This document shows positions 1 through 9,835 of a stretch of DNA of 64,000 bases, one piece after another. The position numbers and the translations under genes were made by a program. Below the pieces are notes generated by a model, which did no database searches, had not been told where the DNA came from, and worked only from the letters and a program-made list of their open reading frames with translations. The first letter of the stretch is position 1. Each line of letters opens with the position of its first letter. The stretch is taken from assembly GCF_041914305.1 (NCBI RefSeq), contig NZ_JAYSDQ010000026.1, forward strand, positions 17,944-81,943, written 5' to 3'. This DNA is from Ideonella sp. (GTDB lineage Bacteria; Pseudomonadota; Gammaproteobacteria; Burkholderiales; Burkholderiaceae_C).

Positions 1-78
1 CGTCAGCGCCGCGCTGTCAGACAACATCGCCCGCCAGGTGGCCACGAACGCCCGGGCCAGTTCGCGCAGCGCCTTCAT
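1..78 (-). CDS. Probable second ABC-2 type permease (N-terminus only, runs off window)
   Basis: ATG at 78 overlaps the stop of the upstream permease (ATGA coupling). It reads MKALRELARAFVATWRAMLSDSAALT, typical of a paired ABC-2 permease N-terminus. Confidence 0.6.
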   Translation of the reverse strand, partial: MKALRELARAFVATWRAMLSDSAALT

Positions 79-1274
79 GTGCGGCCCCACGCCGCTGGCG
101 CCTCGGCCCGGCGGCTCAGCAGCAGAAACCCCAGCACCAGCGACACCCCCGCAAAGCCCGCCAGCACCAGCGCGTCGTTCACGCCATAGCCCGCCGGCGC
201 GCCGGCCAGCCAATGCCGGCTTTGCAGCTGCAGGTAGTGCGTCAGCGGCAAGGCCTCGGCCCAGGCCCGCGCGGCCGCCGGCATCGCCACCAGCGGAAAG
301 CCCTGGCCCGAGAACGCGAAGGCCGGCGCGGTGACGAACGCCGCCACCGACAGCGCCAGCCGCAGGTTCAAGGTCGCCGCGATCATCAAGGTGCCCAGCC
401 CCAGGTAGGCTGCGATCAGCAGCGCCAGCCCGGCCACCACCATGCCCGCGCTGCCCTCGATCGCCCAGCCCCGCACCGCGGTGAAGAACACCAGGTACAG
501 CAGCGCCTGCACCGCAAACGCAGCGGCCGGAATGGCCAGCTTGCCGGCCAGCGCCGGGCCCCAGCGCCCGCCGGCCGCCGCCAGCCACTGCGGCACCGTG
601 CCGGCTTTCAGCTCGCGGCCGATCGCGGTGATGGCTGCCAGGGCGACAAAAGCCTGCAACAGCGACGGGATCACCGCCAGCGCCAGGAACGATTCGTAGT
701 TCGCGTTCTCGTTGAACAGCGTCACCAGCCGGATGCGGATCGGCTCGTAGGCCACGGTCGCCTGCTTGACCGACGCACCGCGCTTTTCACGCCCGGTCAG
801 CTCGGCGCCCGCCGACAGCGTGGCCACGACCGTGCGCACATCGCGGCTCAGGCCACCCACATGGGCCGAAAACTGGCCGTTGTAGAACCACTGCACAGAA
901 GCGCTGCGGCCGTTGCCCAGCTCGCGCTGCAGGCCAGACGGGATCAGCACGATGCCAAACGCCTCGCGCTCACGCAGCAGGCGCTGCGCCTCGCCTTCTG
1001 TCGCCACCTGCGCCGCCACGCGAATACCAGGCGACTCGTCCAGCATGCGCATCAGCGAGCGCGACAGGCTGGAGCCATCGCGGTCGATCACGACGATCGG
1101 CAGGTCGCGCGCCACGCCGGCGCTGAAGATCCACCAGGTCAGGCCACACAGCAGCAGCGGGATCCAGCTCAGCATGCCGAGATCCCACAGGTCGGCGCGC
1201 AGGCGCCGCCACTCGCGCGCCACCACCGCGGCCAAGCCGCCGGGCCCTGCGCGGGTGTCGCCGGCCACGATCAC
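75..1274 (-). CDS. ABC-2 type transporter permease (YbhS/YbhR-like)
   Basis: N-terminal TM, then LPIVVIDRDGSSLSR periplasmic domain, NxxxNY motif and multiple C-terminal TM helices; follows HlyD gene. Confidence 0.85.
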   Translation of the reverse strand: MIVAGDTRAGPGGLAAVVAREWRRLRADLWDLGMLSWIPLLLCGLTWWIFSAGVARDLPIVVIDRDGSSLSRSLMRMLDESPGIRVAAQVATEGEAQRLLREREAFGIVLIPSGLQRELGNGRSASVQWFYNGQFSAHVGGLSRDVRTVVATLSAGAELTGREKRGASVKQATVAYEPIRIRLVTLFNENANYESFLALAVIPSLLQAFVALAAITAIGRELKAGTVPQWLAAAGGRWGPALAGKLAIPAAAFAVQALLYLVFFTAVRGWAIEGSAGMVVAGLALLIAAYLGLGTLMIAATLNLRLALSVAAFVTAPAFAFSGQGFPLVAMPAAARAWAEALPLTHYLQLQSRHWLAGAPAGYGVNDALVLAGFAGVSLVLGFLLLSRRAEAPAAWGRT

Positions 1275-2263
1275 TGCGGCGCGAAGACCACGCTCATGCC
1301 GGGCCGCAGGCCGGGCGGCACCTGCGCCGGCCGCAGGCGGATCTCGAAGGTGCGCAGGTCGGTGCCGCCCGGGCGCGCCGCGCGCCAGGTGGCGAAATCG
1401 GGCAGCACCGCGATCGAGCTGACCTTGAAGACCAGCTCGGTCTTCAGCGCCGGCACCTGGCCGTTGTGGGCGCTGCCCATCGTGAAGGCGCTCATCTCGT
1501 CTTCGCGCACCTGCAGCACCGCCCAGGTGTCGGCCAGGTTGACCAGCGTGACGACCGGAAAGCCCTGCGGCGCCAGCTCGCCCGGCTGGATCTGCACCTT
1601 GGCCACCTCGCCGGCGATCGGCGCCTTGATCTTCGTCTCGGCCTGCGCGACCTCGGCCTCTTGCACCACGCCGCCCACCTGCAGCGCCTGCGCCTCGGCC
1701 GCGCGTTTGTCTTCAGCGCGCGCACCGTGTTTGGCCATCTCGTACTGCGCCTTGGCGGCGTTGGCTTGCTGGTCGGCGGCCTGCCATTGCGCCTCCGCCT
1801 CGTCACGCTTCTGGCGCGCCAGCACGCCCTCTTTGAACATCGCGTCGACGCGGTCGAAGGTGGTGCGGGAGATGCGCGCGGCGGTCTGCGCGCGTTCCCA
1901 CGACAGGCGCGCCATCTCCACCTCTTCCGGCCGCGCGCCGGCCTGCGCCTTGGCGGACACGGCCTGCGCCGCCGCTTGTGCCGACTTGGCCTGGGTGATC
2001 TTGGCAGCGACCTCGGGGCTGTCCAGCTCGAACAACAGCTCACCCGCCTTCACCGCCTGGCCGATGCGCACGTGCACCTGCCCCACCCGCCCCGGCACTT
2101 TCGACGAGACGTTGACCTCTTGCGCCTCGATCTGCCCCTGCAGCGGCAGCACACGTGGCGCGAAGGCCTTGCTTAACCCCCAGGCCACGAAACCGGCGAC
2201 GCCCACGCCGACCACGACGAGGCCCAAGGTCTTGGCGATGGATGCTTTCTTGCGTTCAGCCAT
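1271..2263 (-). CDS. HlyD family membrane fusion protein
   Basis: N-terminal anchor, SSKVPGRV lipoyl half-motif, coiled-coil hairpin, IKAPIAGEV second half-motif. Confidence 0.9.
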   Translation of the reverse strand: MAERKKASIAKTLGLVVVGVGVAGFVAWGLSKAFAPRVLPLQGQIEAQEVNVSSKVPGRVGQVHVRIGQAVKAGELLFELDSPEVAAKITQAKSAQAAAQAVSAKAQAGARPEEVEMARLSWERAQTAARISRTTFDRVDAMFKEGVLARQKRDEAEAQWQAADQQANAAKAQYEMAKHGARAEDKRAAEAQALQVGGVVQEAEVAQAETKIKAPIAGEVAKVQIQPGELAPQGFPVVTLVNLADTWAVLQVREDEMSAFTMGSAHNGQVPALKTELVFKVSSIAVLPDFATWRAARPGGTDLRTFEIRLRPAQVPPGLRPGMSVVFAPQ

Positions 2264-2269
2264 GGCCGT

Positions 2270-3694
2270 TCATTCCAGCGTGAAGGTGATGTCGGCGCTG
2301 CGGGCGTAGTCGGGCAGGCGCTCGGGTTGGCCACAGGCTTCGAGCAGGCGCGCCAGCGCCAGCACATAGTCGTAGGCGGCCTGCGCGCGCTCGGTCTCGC
2401 TCTTGGCCAGGTTCAGCCGGGCGTCGGTCACGTCGAGCGTGGTGCCCTGCTGCTGCGAAAAGGCGACCGTCTGCAGGCGCAGGTTTTCGCGCGCCAGCTT
2501 CAAGGTCGAGTCCATCGACAACACCTGCGCCCGGGCGTTTTCCATCGTGCGCCACTGGTTCTCGATCAGCGTCGGGATGTCGCGCTTGGCCTGCTCTGCC
2601 GTTTCGTCGACCCGTTGCCTGTCCAGCTTGGCGGCCAGCGCCGACTTGCCGTGGTCCACATGCCCGACCAGCGGGATGCTGACGAACAGGCCGACATACC
2701 AGTTCGGCTGCACCAGCTTGTCGTCGCTGCGGTTCAGGTTGTAGTTGCCCACGCCGAACACCACCGGTGAAAACTCGCTGCCCTGCAGCTTGATCGCCTG
2801 GTCGGCCTGGTCGCGCTTGCTGGCCAGCTTGCGCCACGCCGGGTGGTGCGCCATGCCCAGCTCGATGAAACTCTGCAGGCTGCCGACCGAGCCCGTGTGC
2901 ACGAACAGCGGCGTGGTCGGGCGAACATCCGCCTCGGCGCCCACCTGCCGGCGCAGCGCCACGCCGGCGATCTCGACATCGCTGCGCGCCTTGGCCAGGT
3001 CGCGCCTGGCGCCGTCCAGTGCCACGTCGGCCTTCAGCCGGTCGGCGGTGGATATCAAGCCCGTGCTCTCCAGCCGTGCCGCCTGGCGCTGGTGCTCGGC
3101 GATGCCGGCCGCGGCATCGGCGCGCACCTTGGCGGCCAGTTGCGCGAGTTGAAGCTGGAAGTAGCGCTGCGCGGTGGTCGAGGCGGCCTTGTCCTGCGCT
3201 TCTTGCAGGTCGGCCTGGGCCTCGCCGATGCGTGCTTCGGCCACGCCCCGCACCGCCTCGAGCCGGCCACCGGTGTACAGCGGCCAGTTGGCCGACAACC
3301 CGACCGAGCTGAGGTTGAACTGGCGCGTCGTCGACACGGTGTTGGGCAGCGGCGGAATGTCCAGCCCGGTGGCCGCGTCGACCCCGGCGATCAACGGGTT
3401 GGCCGCGGCCGACAGGCGCGAGATGTCGAGGTTGAAGCTGGTCGAGACGCGGCCGGCAAAGCCCGACAGGCTGACCGCCGGGCCGCTGAGGTTGGACACG
3501 GCCTCGGCCCGCAGGCCCTTGGCCTCGGCGTCCAGCGCCGCGCCGCGCACGCTGCCCGAGGTCTGCATGCCCCGCGCCAGCGCCTGGCTCAAGTCCATCG
3601 GTTCGGCATCGGCGGCGCAGGCCGACGCGGCCGCCAGCCACAAGGCCCAAGCAACCGCCCAATTTGCACCCACGCGTCGCACGCCGAACGACAT
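2270..3694 (-). CDS. TolC family outer membrane efflux protein
   Basis: Signal peptide, two OEP-like repeats (WPLYTGGR; TTLDVTDARLNL). Start chosen at ATG 3694 behind a GAGGAG RBS. Confidence 0.88.
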   Translation of the reverse strand: MSFGVRRVGANWAVAWALWLAAASACAADAEPMDLSQALARGMQTSGSVRGAALDAEAKGLRAEAVSNLSGPAVSLSGFAGRVSTSFNLDISRLSAAANPLIAGVDAATGLDIPPLPNTVSTTRQFNLSSVGLSANWPLYTGGRLEAVRGVAEARIGEAQADLQEAQDKAASTTAQRYFQLQLAQLAAKVRADAAAGIAEHQRQAARLESTGLISTADRLKADVALDGARRDLAKARSDVEIAGVALRRQVGAEADVRPTTPLFVHTGSVGSLQSFIELGMAHHPAWRKLASKRDQADQAIKLQGSEFSPVVFGVGNYNLNRSDDKLVQPNWYVGLFVSIPLVGHVDHGKSALAAKLDRQRVDETAEQAKRDIPTLIENQWRTMENARAQVLSMDSTLKLARENLRLQTVAFSQQQGTTLDVTDARLNLAKSETERAQAAYDYVLALARLLEACGQPERLPDYARSADITFTLE

Positions 3695-3778
3695 GGCTCC
3701 TCGCACACTCTTGTTGTCGACCAAAACAGGGCCCCGGGTTCAACGGGGCTCGACGTTAACCGATCGGCCCACGGCCGA

Positions 3779-6049
3779 TCACGCCGCGTCCTTCACGCAA
3801 CGAAACCCGAGCGTGCCGGCGCGGTCTTTCGAGGGCGCCATCAGCAGGTACTTGCCGTGTTCGGTCAGCTTGCGCGTCTGCGGGAAGTACCACATCGCGC
3901 CCTGCGGCTGCCAGTGGCTGCCGCCGCGCACGATCGCGGCGCGGGTGTGGTCATCGTGGTATTCGTCGGTCCACTGCCACACGTGGCCCACCAGGTCTTC
4001 GACACCGAACGGGCTGGCCGCTTGCGGGTGCTGGCCCACCGGCGGCGGCAGCGGCAGCTCGCGCCCGTTGGCGGGCGCCGGCACGAACCCGGCTTGCCAT
4101 GTGTTGCCCCAGGGGTAGAGGCGGCCATCGGTGCCTTGGGCGGCGTACTGCCACTCCCACTCGTGCGGCAGGCGCTTGCCGGCCCATTGGCAATAGGCGC
4201 GGGCATCTTCGATCGAAACCCAGGTCACCGGCCGCTGGCCGTCGCCCGCGCGCGGCGCGCCGTTCACCCAATGCCGCAAGAAGTGGTGGTCATCGGCCGG
4301 CCGGTAGGACGCTGCGGCGACGAAACGCTGGTACTCGGCATTCGTCACCGGGTGCCTGTCGATGTGGAACGCGCTCAGCACCATGCGGCGCAGGTGCTCG
4401 CGTCGAGGCACGTCTTCCCACGGGTACTGCACGTCCAGGCCGGGCCGGTTCTCGCCTTCGATCTCGACACCGGTGACACGGAACAGGTACTCGCCGCCCG
4501 GCACACGCACCATGCCCGGCGGCGGCAACTGGGCCCGCGGCGTCGTCGCCATCGGCACCTGGGCCTGCGGCAGCGGCTGCCACGCCGCAGAATGGCTGGC
4601 CAAGGGCGTGGCGGCCAACGCGCGCATTCCCGCTAGAAAGGCCTGCAGGTGGGCGGCATCGGCATGCTCGTCCACCTGCAGCAGCGCACCGAAGCCACGC
4701 GGCTCCAGCAGGAGGTCGATCGCCACCTCGCCCTCGCCCGCCGGCCGGGGCTGCAGTTCCACCCCGTTCCACGCATCGAAGTAGCGTTGCCCTGCCCGGT
4801 GCGGCACGCGCAACACGCCCTGGTCGAGCGCGAAGTCGTTGCGGTTGACCACCGTCCACAGCGTCTCGTGCGCAGACGGGAAGCGGCTCGCGTAGACCCC
4901 GTAGTGCCCGGTGGCCACATGGGGCGTCCAGTCCGCACTGGTCAGCAGCTCGGGCCATGCGCGGTAGAGCTTGCCGATGCGCCGGATCACCTCGCCATCG
5001 CGCGGCGTGATGCCGTTCCACCAGCCCCACACGTTCTCCCAGCTCTGCAGGCCGGTGCCATTGAAGAACGCCGCCTGCAGGATCTGGTGGCGGTCGGTGG
5101 CCCACCGGTCCGCCACATGCACCATGTGACGCGGCTCCAGCCACTTCCACTTGCTGACCAGGGGCACGAACGGTGTCTCCCAGTAGCCCCAGCTCAGCTG
5201 GTTGTAGGCCAGCATGCGGTCGTCGCGCAGCGCCAACTCGGGCTCCAGCGCCAAGGCCCGCCCACTGCTGTCTGACGCGTCGCGATAGGCCCGCGGCAGG
5301 CCGTCCATCGTGTCGCCGTTGATGCCGTCGGCCCCCAGCTCGGCGATCAGCTTCGCCGCGGCCTCGGCCAGCGGCGCGCCTTCGTCGCGGGTCGCCGTGT
5401 CCCACGGCATGACCGGGAAGAACACGCGCACGCCGCGACGGTGAAAGTCGTCGACCATGCGCCGCACCGCCGGCAACCCGCCGGGCAGGTCGCGCACCAT
5501 GTCGAGCTGGTTGCGGTTGTCGATGCCGATGTTGGGGTAGACCGGCCAGATCAAGACGCTGTCGATGCCGCCGTAGCGGCGGTCGAGGTCGTCCAGGTAC
5601 CGATCGACGGTGTAGCGGCGAAGCTCGGGGTCGTAGAGGTAGCGGTCTTCGACCATCGCCTGCGGCTGCACGAAGCTGCGCTGCGTCCACTGCAATTCGA
5701 GGCGCTGGTACTCGGCGCCGTCGTAACCCAACCGCTGGCGTTGCGCGCTGCGCCAGGCCTGCATGGCTTCGAGCCACGCAGGCCGTGCCGAGGCCACATC
5801 CCGCTTCCAGTTGTTCAGGCGCGCCATCCAGTCCGGCTCGCCCTGGTCTTGCTGCGCCGGCCCAACGATCTGGCTGCCGCGCACTTCGATCGGCGTGTCT
5901 TGCGCCGGCACCGCGGCATGGGCTGTGACCATCAGCATGACCCCCAGCAGCTTCAGGCGCTGCGCGGCGGCCCCTGCCCGCCGGCGTCGTCCACCCGGGC
6001 CACGCCGGCTACCCGGGCCACCGACCCGATGATTTGAAAGCGATTTCAC
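3779..6049 (-). CDS. Secreted protein: glycosidase-like (TIM-barrel-like) N-terminal region fused to C-terminal SUMF1/FGE-fold domain
   Basis: C-terminal FGE-family motifs (HPVTNAEY, PVTWVSIEDARAYCQWAGKRLPHEWEWQYAA, YPWGN, DLVGHVWQWT, RGGS, GFRCV). N-terminal part has DDFHRRGVRV/GADGINGD glycosidase-like motifs. Start uncertain (GTG 6049 or ATG 5938). Confidence 0.7.
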   Translation of the reverse strand: MKSLSNHRVGGPGSRRGPGGRRRRAGAAAQRLKLLGVMLMVTAHAAVPAQDTPIEVRGSQIVGPAQQDQGEPDWMARLNNWKRDVASARPAWLEAMQAWRSAQRQRLGYDGAEYQRLELQWTQRSFVQPQAMVEDRYLYDPELRRYTVDRYLDDLDRRYGGIDSVLIWPVYPNIGIDNRNQLDMVRDLPGGLPAVRRMVDDFHRRGVRVFFPVMPWDTATRDEGAPLAEAAAKLIAELGADGINGDTMDGLPRAYRDASDSSGRALALEPELALRDDRMLAYNQLSWGYWETPFVPLVSKWKWLEPRHMVHVADRWATDRHQILQAAFFNGTGLQSWENVWGWWNGITPRDGEVIRRIGKLYRAWPELLTSADWTPHVATGHYGVYASRFPSAHETLWTVVNRNDFALDQGVLRVPHRAGQRYFDAWNGVELQPRPAGEGEVAIDLLLEPRGFGALLQVDEHADAAHLQAFLAGMRALAATPLASHSAAWQPLPQAQVPMATTPRAQLPPPGMVRVPGGEYLFRVTGVEIEGENRPGLDVQYPWEDVPRREHLRRMVLSAFHIDRHPVTNAEYQRFVAAASYRPADDHHFLRHWVNGAPRAGDGQRPVTWVSIEDARAYCQWAGKRLPHEWEWQYAAQGTDGRLYPWGNTWQAGFVPAPANGRELPLPPPVGQHPQAASPFGVEDLVGHVWQWTDEYHDDHTRAAIVRGGSHWQPQGAMWYFPQTRKLTEHGKYLLMAPSKDRAGTLGFRCVKDAA

Positions 6050-6419
6050 CCTCGCAGTATGTGGCCGCGAAGGCGAGCGCTGAACGGTGGTTTCACCGAG
6101 CCTGACCCGTGGCCCTAACGGCACTGTTCCCGGCATGGCTTTCTGGCGCCCAGCGAAAGCCCCTGTCAACAGCGTGGATCGTTAGTTGGTGACCTCGCCG
6201 TTCGCGCGTATCCGATCGCCGCTGCTGATGGTTGACGTGGGTCATGCTGCCTGGCCAGGTCGTCATCAATGTTGAGGATGCCAGGAAGAACCCTGCGGGC
6301 CAACGTGGCACGGCCCGACCGACACGCACCTGCGCATTTGGTTTTTGTGGATGGCATGGCGTGTCGGCGGTACCAGTCAGGCACGGGCCGGCAACGGCGA
6401 TTCACGACAGGGGTGACAC

Positions 6420-6809
6420 ATGACGCAGCTGAAGATGACCATGGCCATCGCCGTGGCCGGCGGACCGACGTGGAGCATCAACCGCACTGAAGACGTCGAG
6501 GCCTACGACGTGGTGTCGGTGGCCATCCCCGCCGGCGCCACCGACACCGAGGTTCAGGTTCAACCCGGCGAATCGGCCCAGATCATCGTGCTGGCGATCC
6601 AGTCCAGCGTGTATGGCGACGACATCACCTACAAGGCGAGCGACGGCACCACCGACTCCGACGAGCTGACGCTGCATGGCCCGCAGTTGTTCGGGCGCGG
6701 CGTCACCAGCCTGTTCGGGCTGGACGTGAAGACGCTGAAGTTCAGCAACGCGCTGGCCGACGGCACCGCGACGATCCAGGTGCTGGTCGGCCGCGACGCG
6801 ACGGCCTGA
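6420..6809 (+). CDS. Hypothetical protein, first gene of eCIS operon
   Basis: 129 aa, host-like codon usage, AGGGG RBS, beta-strand-rich; 29 bp before the sheath gene. Confidence 0.75.
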   Translation: MTQLKMTMAIAVAGGPTWSINRTEDVEAYDVVSVAIPAGATDTEVQVQPGESAQIIVLAIQSSVYGDDITYKASDGTTDSDELTLHGPQLFGRGVTSLFGLDVKTLKFSNALADGTATIQVLVGRDATA

Positions 6810-6838
6810 CCCCGACCCGCCACCGACCGAGGTTCCCC

Positions 6839-8401
6839 ATGCCCAGCTACCTGCACCCCGGCGTCTACGTCGAGGAACTGCCCAGCGGCAACCGCCCCAT
6901 CGAAGGCGTCGGCACATCGACCGCCTGCTTCATGGGCTACTGCCGCCAGGGGCCGCTGAACACCCCCACGCTGATCAACAACTGGGACGCCTACGAGCGC
7001 ACCTTCGGCGGCCTGCAGACCGACACCACCGTGGTCGCCGGCGCCGCCGCGCCGCTGGGTGACCCGATGGGCCACGGCGTCAACGCCTTCTTCATGAACG
7101 GCGGCACGGCTGCCTACATCGTGCGCCTGGCCCTTGGCGCCAGCGCCGCCAGCGGCACCATCAACGACGGCGGCCTGCTGCTCACCGTCACCGCGGCCAA
7201 CCCGGGGCGCTGGGCCAACGCACTGGTGCTGCGCCTGGCGATGAAGCAGGACGACCACGGCAACAACATCTTCCTCGCCTCGGTGGGCGAAGGCACCGGC
7301 AGCGCCTTCGTCGCGCTCGAGCCGCCGCAAGAGGTGGTGCCCGAGACGGGCCAGCCCACGTCGATGCAGGCCACGATCAACGCCAGCTCGAAGCTGGTGC
7401 AGGTCACCGTGCCCGCCGGCCAGGAGGCGGCGCTGCGCGCGCATCTGGAAGGCGCCGCGGGCGGCGTGACCGAGGTGACGATGACCACCGCCGGCGTCGA
7501 CGGCAACGCGCCGGGCGCCAACGAGTACCAGGACGCGTTCCCGCCGCTGGTGAAGATCCGCGACATCAACATCCTGCTGCTGCCCGGCCAGACCTGGGAC
7601 GGCGGCACCGGCCAGTCGATCCTGAACCAGGCCGTGGCGCACTGCGAGACCACCCGCAACCGCATGCTGGTGTTCGACCTGCCGCCGGCCCTGTTGCTCG
7701 ACAACGAATCGACCGTGCAGGGCCTGGGCCTGCCCACCTCGACCTACGCGGTCACCTACTACCCGTGGACGCTGGTGGCCAACCCCTTCTACAGCCCCGA
7801 CTCGAACCCCGCCGCCCCACGCTCGGTGATGGTCTCGCCAGCATCGATGACCGCCGGCCTGTGGGCCAAGACCGACTCGCGGCGCGGCGTGTGGAAGGCG
7901 CCAGCGGGCATCGAGTTTCCGCTGCTCGGCGTCTCGGGCCTGGCGTTCCAGGTGGCCAACGAGGAGCAGGACTACCTCAACCCGCAAGGCGTGAACGCGC
8001 TGCGCCGCATGCCGGGCTTCGGGCCGGTCGTCTGGGGCACGCGCACGCGGTCGACCCGCGCCAACCCCGAGTGGCGCTACGTGCCGGTGCGGCGCACCGC
8101 GATCTTCATCGAAGAGTCGATCTACGGCGGCATCCAGTGGGCGGTCTTCGAGCCCAACGACCACCGGCTGTGGTCGTCGCTGCGCACCAACATCGACTCG
8201 TTCATGAACGGCCTGTTCCGCGCAGGCGCCTTCCAGGGCGAGATGGCCAACGACGCCTACTTCGTGCGCTGCGGCCTGGGCCAGACGATGACCCAGGACG
8301 ACATCGACCGCGGCATGGTGATCGTGCTGGTGGCCTTCGCGCCGCTGAAGCCGGCCGAGTTCGTCATCGTGCGCATCCAGCAGAAGGTCGGACAGCAGTA
8401 A
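6839..8401 (+). CDS. Phage tail sheath protein (Afp2/3/4-like)
   Basis: MPSYLHPGVYVEELPSG..PIEGVGTS N-terminus; YYPW, GVWKAPAG, LNPQGVNALR, WRYVPVRR, WAVFEPND, APLKPAEFV motifs. Confidence 0.97.
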   Translation: MPSYLHPGVYVEELPSGNRPIEGVGTSTACFMGYCRQGPLNTPTLINNWDAYERTFGGLQTDTTVVAGAAAPLGDPMGHGVNAFFMNGGTAAYIVRLALGASAASGTINDGGLLLTVTAANPGRWANALVLRLAMKQDDHGNNIFLASVGEGTGSAFVALEPPQEVVPETGQPTSMQATINASSKLVQVTVPAGQEAALRAHLEGAAGGVTEVTMTTAGVDGNAPGANEYQDAFPPLVKIRDINILLLPGQTWDGGTGQSILNQAVAHCETTRNRMLVFDLPPALLLDNESTVQGLGLPTSTYAVTYYPWTLVANPFYSPDSNPAAPRSVMVSPASMTAGLWAKTDSRRGVWKAPAGIEFPLLGVSGLAFQVANEEQDYLNPQGVNALRRMPGFGPVVWGTRTRSTRANPEWRYVPVRRTAIFIEESIYGGIQWAVFEPNDHRLWSSLRTNIDSFMNGLFRAGAFQGEMANDAYFVRCGLGQTMTQDDIDRGMVIVLVAFAPLKPAEFVIVRIQQKVGQQ

Positions 8402-8434
8402 CCCCTGAGAAGCCCGCTTGCCGAGGAGAGCCCC

Positions 8435-8944
8435 ATGGCCGCCCCGTTGTTTCCGGTGAACACGCATCGCTACGACCCCTACCGCACCTTCAAATTCCAG
8501 GTCCTCATCGACGGCAAGCCGGTGGCGGGCCTGAAGAAGATGAGCGCGCTCAAGCGCAAGACCGAGCCCATCAAGTGGCGCACCGCCGGCGACCCGAGCA
8601 GCGAGCGCATCCTGCCCGGCGCGACGACGTATGAGCCGATCACGCTCGAGCAAGGCCTGTCGCACGACCCGGTGTTCGAGAACTGGGCCGCGCTGGTCAA
8701 CAACATCACCGGCGACGCCGCGATGTCGTTGAAGAACTTCCGCAAGGACATCGTCATCAACGTGCTCAACCTGCAGGGCAAGGTGGCGCTCTCGTACAAG
8801 ATCTTCCGCGCCTGGGTCTCGGACTACCAGGCGCTGCCGGACCTGGACGCGGGCACCACCAACACGGTGGGCATCCAGACGATGACGCTGCAGCACGAGG
8901 GTTGGCAGCGCGACGCGAGCGTCGCCGAGCCGCTCGAGACCTAA
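8435..8944 (+). CDS. Phage tail tube protein (T4 gp19 / Afp1/5-like)
   Basis: RYDPYRTFKFQV, LPGATTYEPITLEQG, W-x-S-x-YQALPDLDA motifs; directly after sheath. Confidence 0.95.
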   Translation: MAAPLFPVNTHRYDPYRTFKFQVLIDGKPVAGLKKMSALKRKTEPIKWRTAGDPSSERILPGATTYEPITLEQGLSHDPVFENWAALVNNITGDAAMSLKNFRKDIVINVLNLQGKVALSYKIFRAWVSDYQALPDLDAGTTNTVGIQTMTLQHEGWQRDASVAEPLET

Positions 8945-8951
8945 GAGCCCC

Positions 8952-9815
8952 ATGCCCATGCTCCGCAGCGAAGGTCTCCTGCCCGGCGGCCTCGTCGAGG
9001 GCGGGGCACGCACGCGCGCCTATGCGTTTCGCCCGCTCGACGGGGCGGTCGAACTGGCGCTGGGCGAGGCGGTGGTCGGTGCGCCCTCGCTGCCGGTGGC
9101 CGTGACGCGCGCGCTGTGCGCCACGCTCGCCACGCTCGGCGATGCACCCGCCAGCAGCGAGCGGGTCGACGCGCTGTGCGTGGCCGACCGGCAGTTTCTG
9201 ATGCGCGAGCTGCAGTGCCTGTGCGGCGCCTCGACGCGCTGGCTGGTTGCGACCTGCGCCGCCTGCGGCGAGCGCTTCGACCTCGAACTCGACCTGCTCG
9301 CGCTGCCGGTCGCCCCCGCGCCATCGTCGTTCCCGCAGGCCAGCGGCATGCACCAAGGCCTCGCCTGGCAGGCGCGGCTGCCCACCGGGGCCGACCAGGC
9401 CTGGCTGGCCCGCGCCCATACGGGTGACGAAAGCGATGGCGATGGCGATGACGACGACGACCTCGCGGCCCTCGAAACCCGCCTGCTTCAGCGCCTGTGG
9501 CTGGACGGCACCGACCCGCGCCTGCGTGCCGACCCCTCGTCGCCCGGCCTGCGCGAAGCGGTCGAGGCCGCGCTGGATGCGGTCGCCCCCGGTGTCGTCA
9601 CGACCCTCAGCGCGCCCTGCCCCGTCTGCGGCCAGGTGAACGCGGTCGCGACCGACCCCTACGAGCGCCTGGGCACCGGGCTCGACGACCTGCTGCACCA
9701 GGTGCACACGCTGGCCTCGCACTACCACTGGAGCGAGGCCGACATCCTGAGGCTGCCGCGCACGCGCCGCCACGCCTACCTGGCGCTGCTCGACACCGCC
9801 GTCGAGCCCGTCTGA
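8952..9815 (+). CDS. Putative baseplate/tail assembly chaperone with two CxxC motifs and DUF6760-like C-terminus
   Basis: LCVADRQFLM, CAAC and CPVC motifs, C-terminal VHTLASHYHWSEADILRLP. Confidence 0.65.
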   Translation: MPMLRSEGLLPGGLVEGGARTRAYAFRPLDGAVELALGEAVVGAPSLPVAVTRALCATLATLGDAPASSERVDALCVADRQFLMRELQCLCGASTRWLVATCAACGERFDLELDLLALPVAPAPSSFPQASGMHQGLAWQARLPTGADQAWLARAHTGDESDGDGDDDDDLAALETRLLQRLWLDGTDPRLRADPSSPGLREAVEAALDAVAPGVVTTLSAPCPVCGQVNAVATDPYERLGTGLDDLLHQVHTLASHYHWSEADILRLPRTRRHAYLALLDTAVEPV

Positions 9816-9835
9816 CCCGCAGCCGCCAGCGCGCC

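Noticed and set aside
3779-4600. DGR target (C-type-lectin/FGE fold variable region)
   Set aside because: No reverse transcriptase and no template-repeat copy seen in the window
6050-6419. Sigma54 promoter for the eCIS operon (TGGCACG and GGCACG sites present)
   Set aside because: None has GC at the required GG-N10-GC spacing
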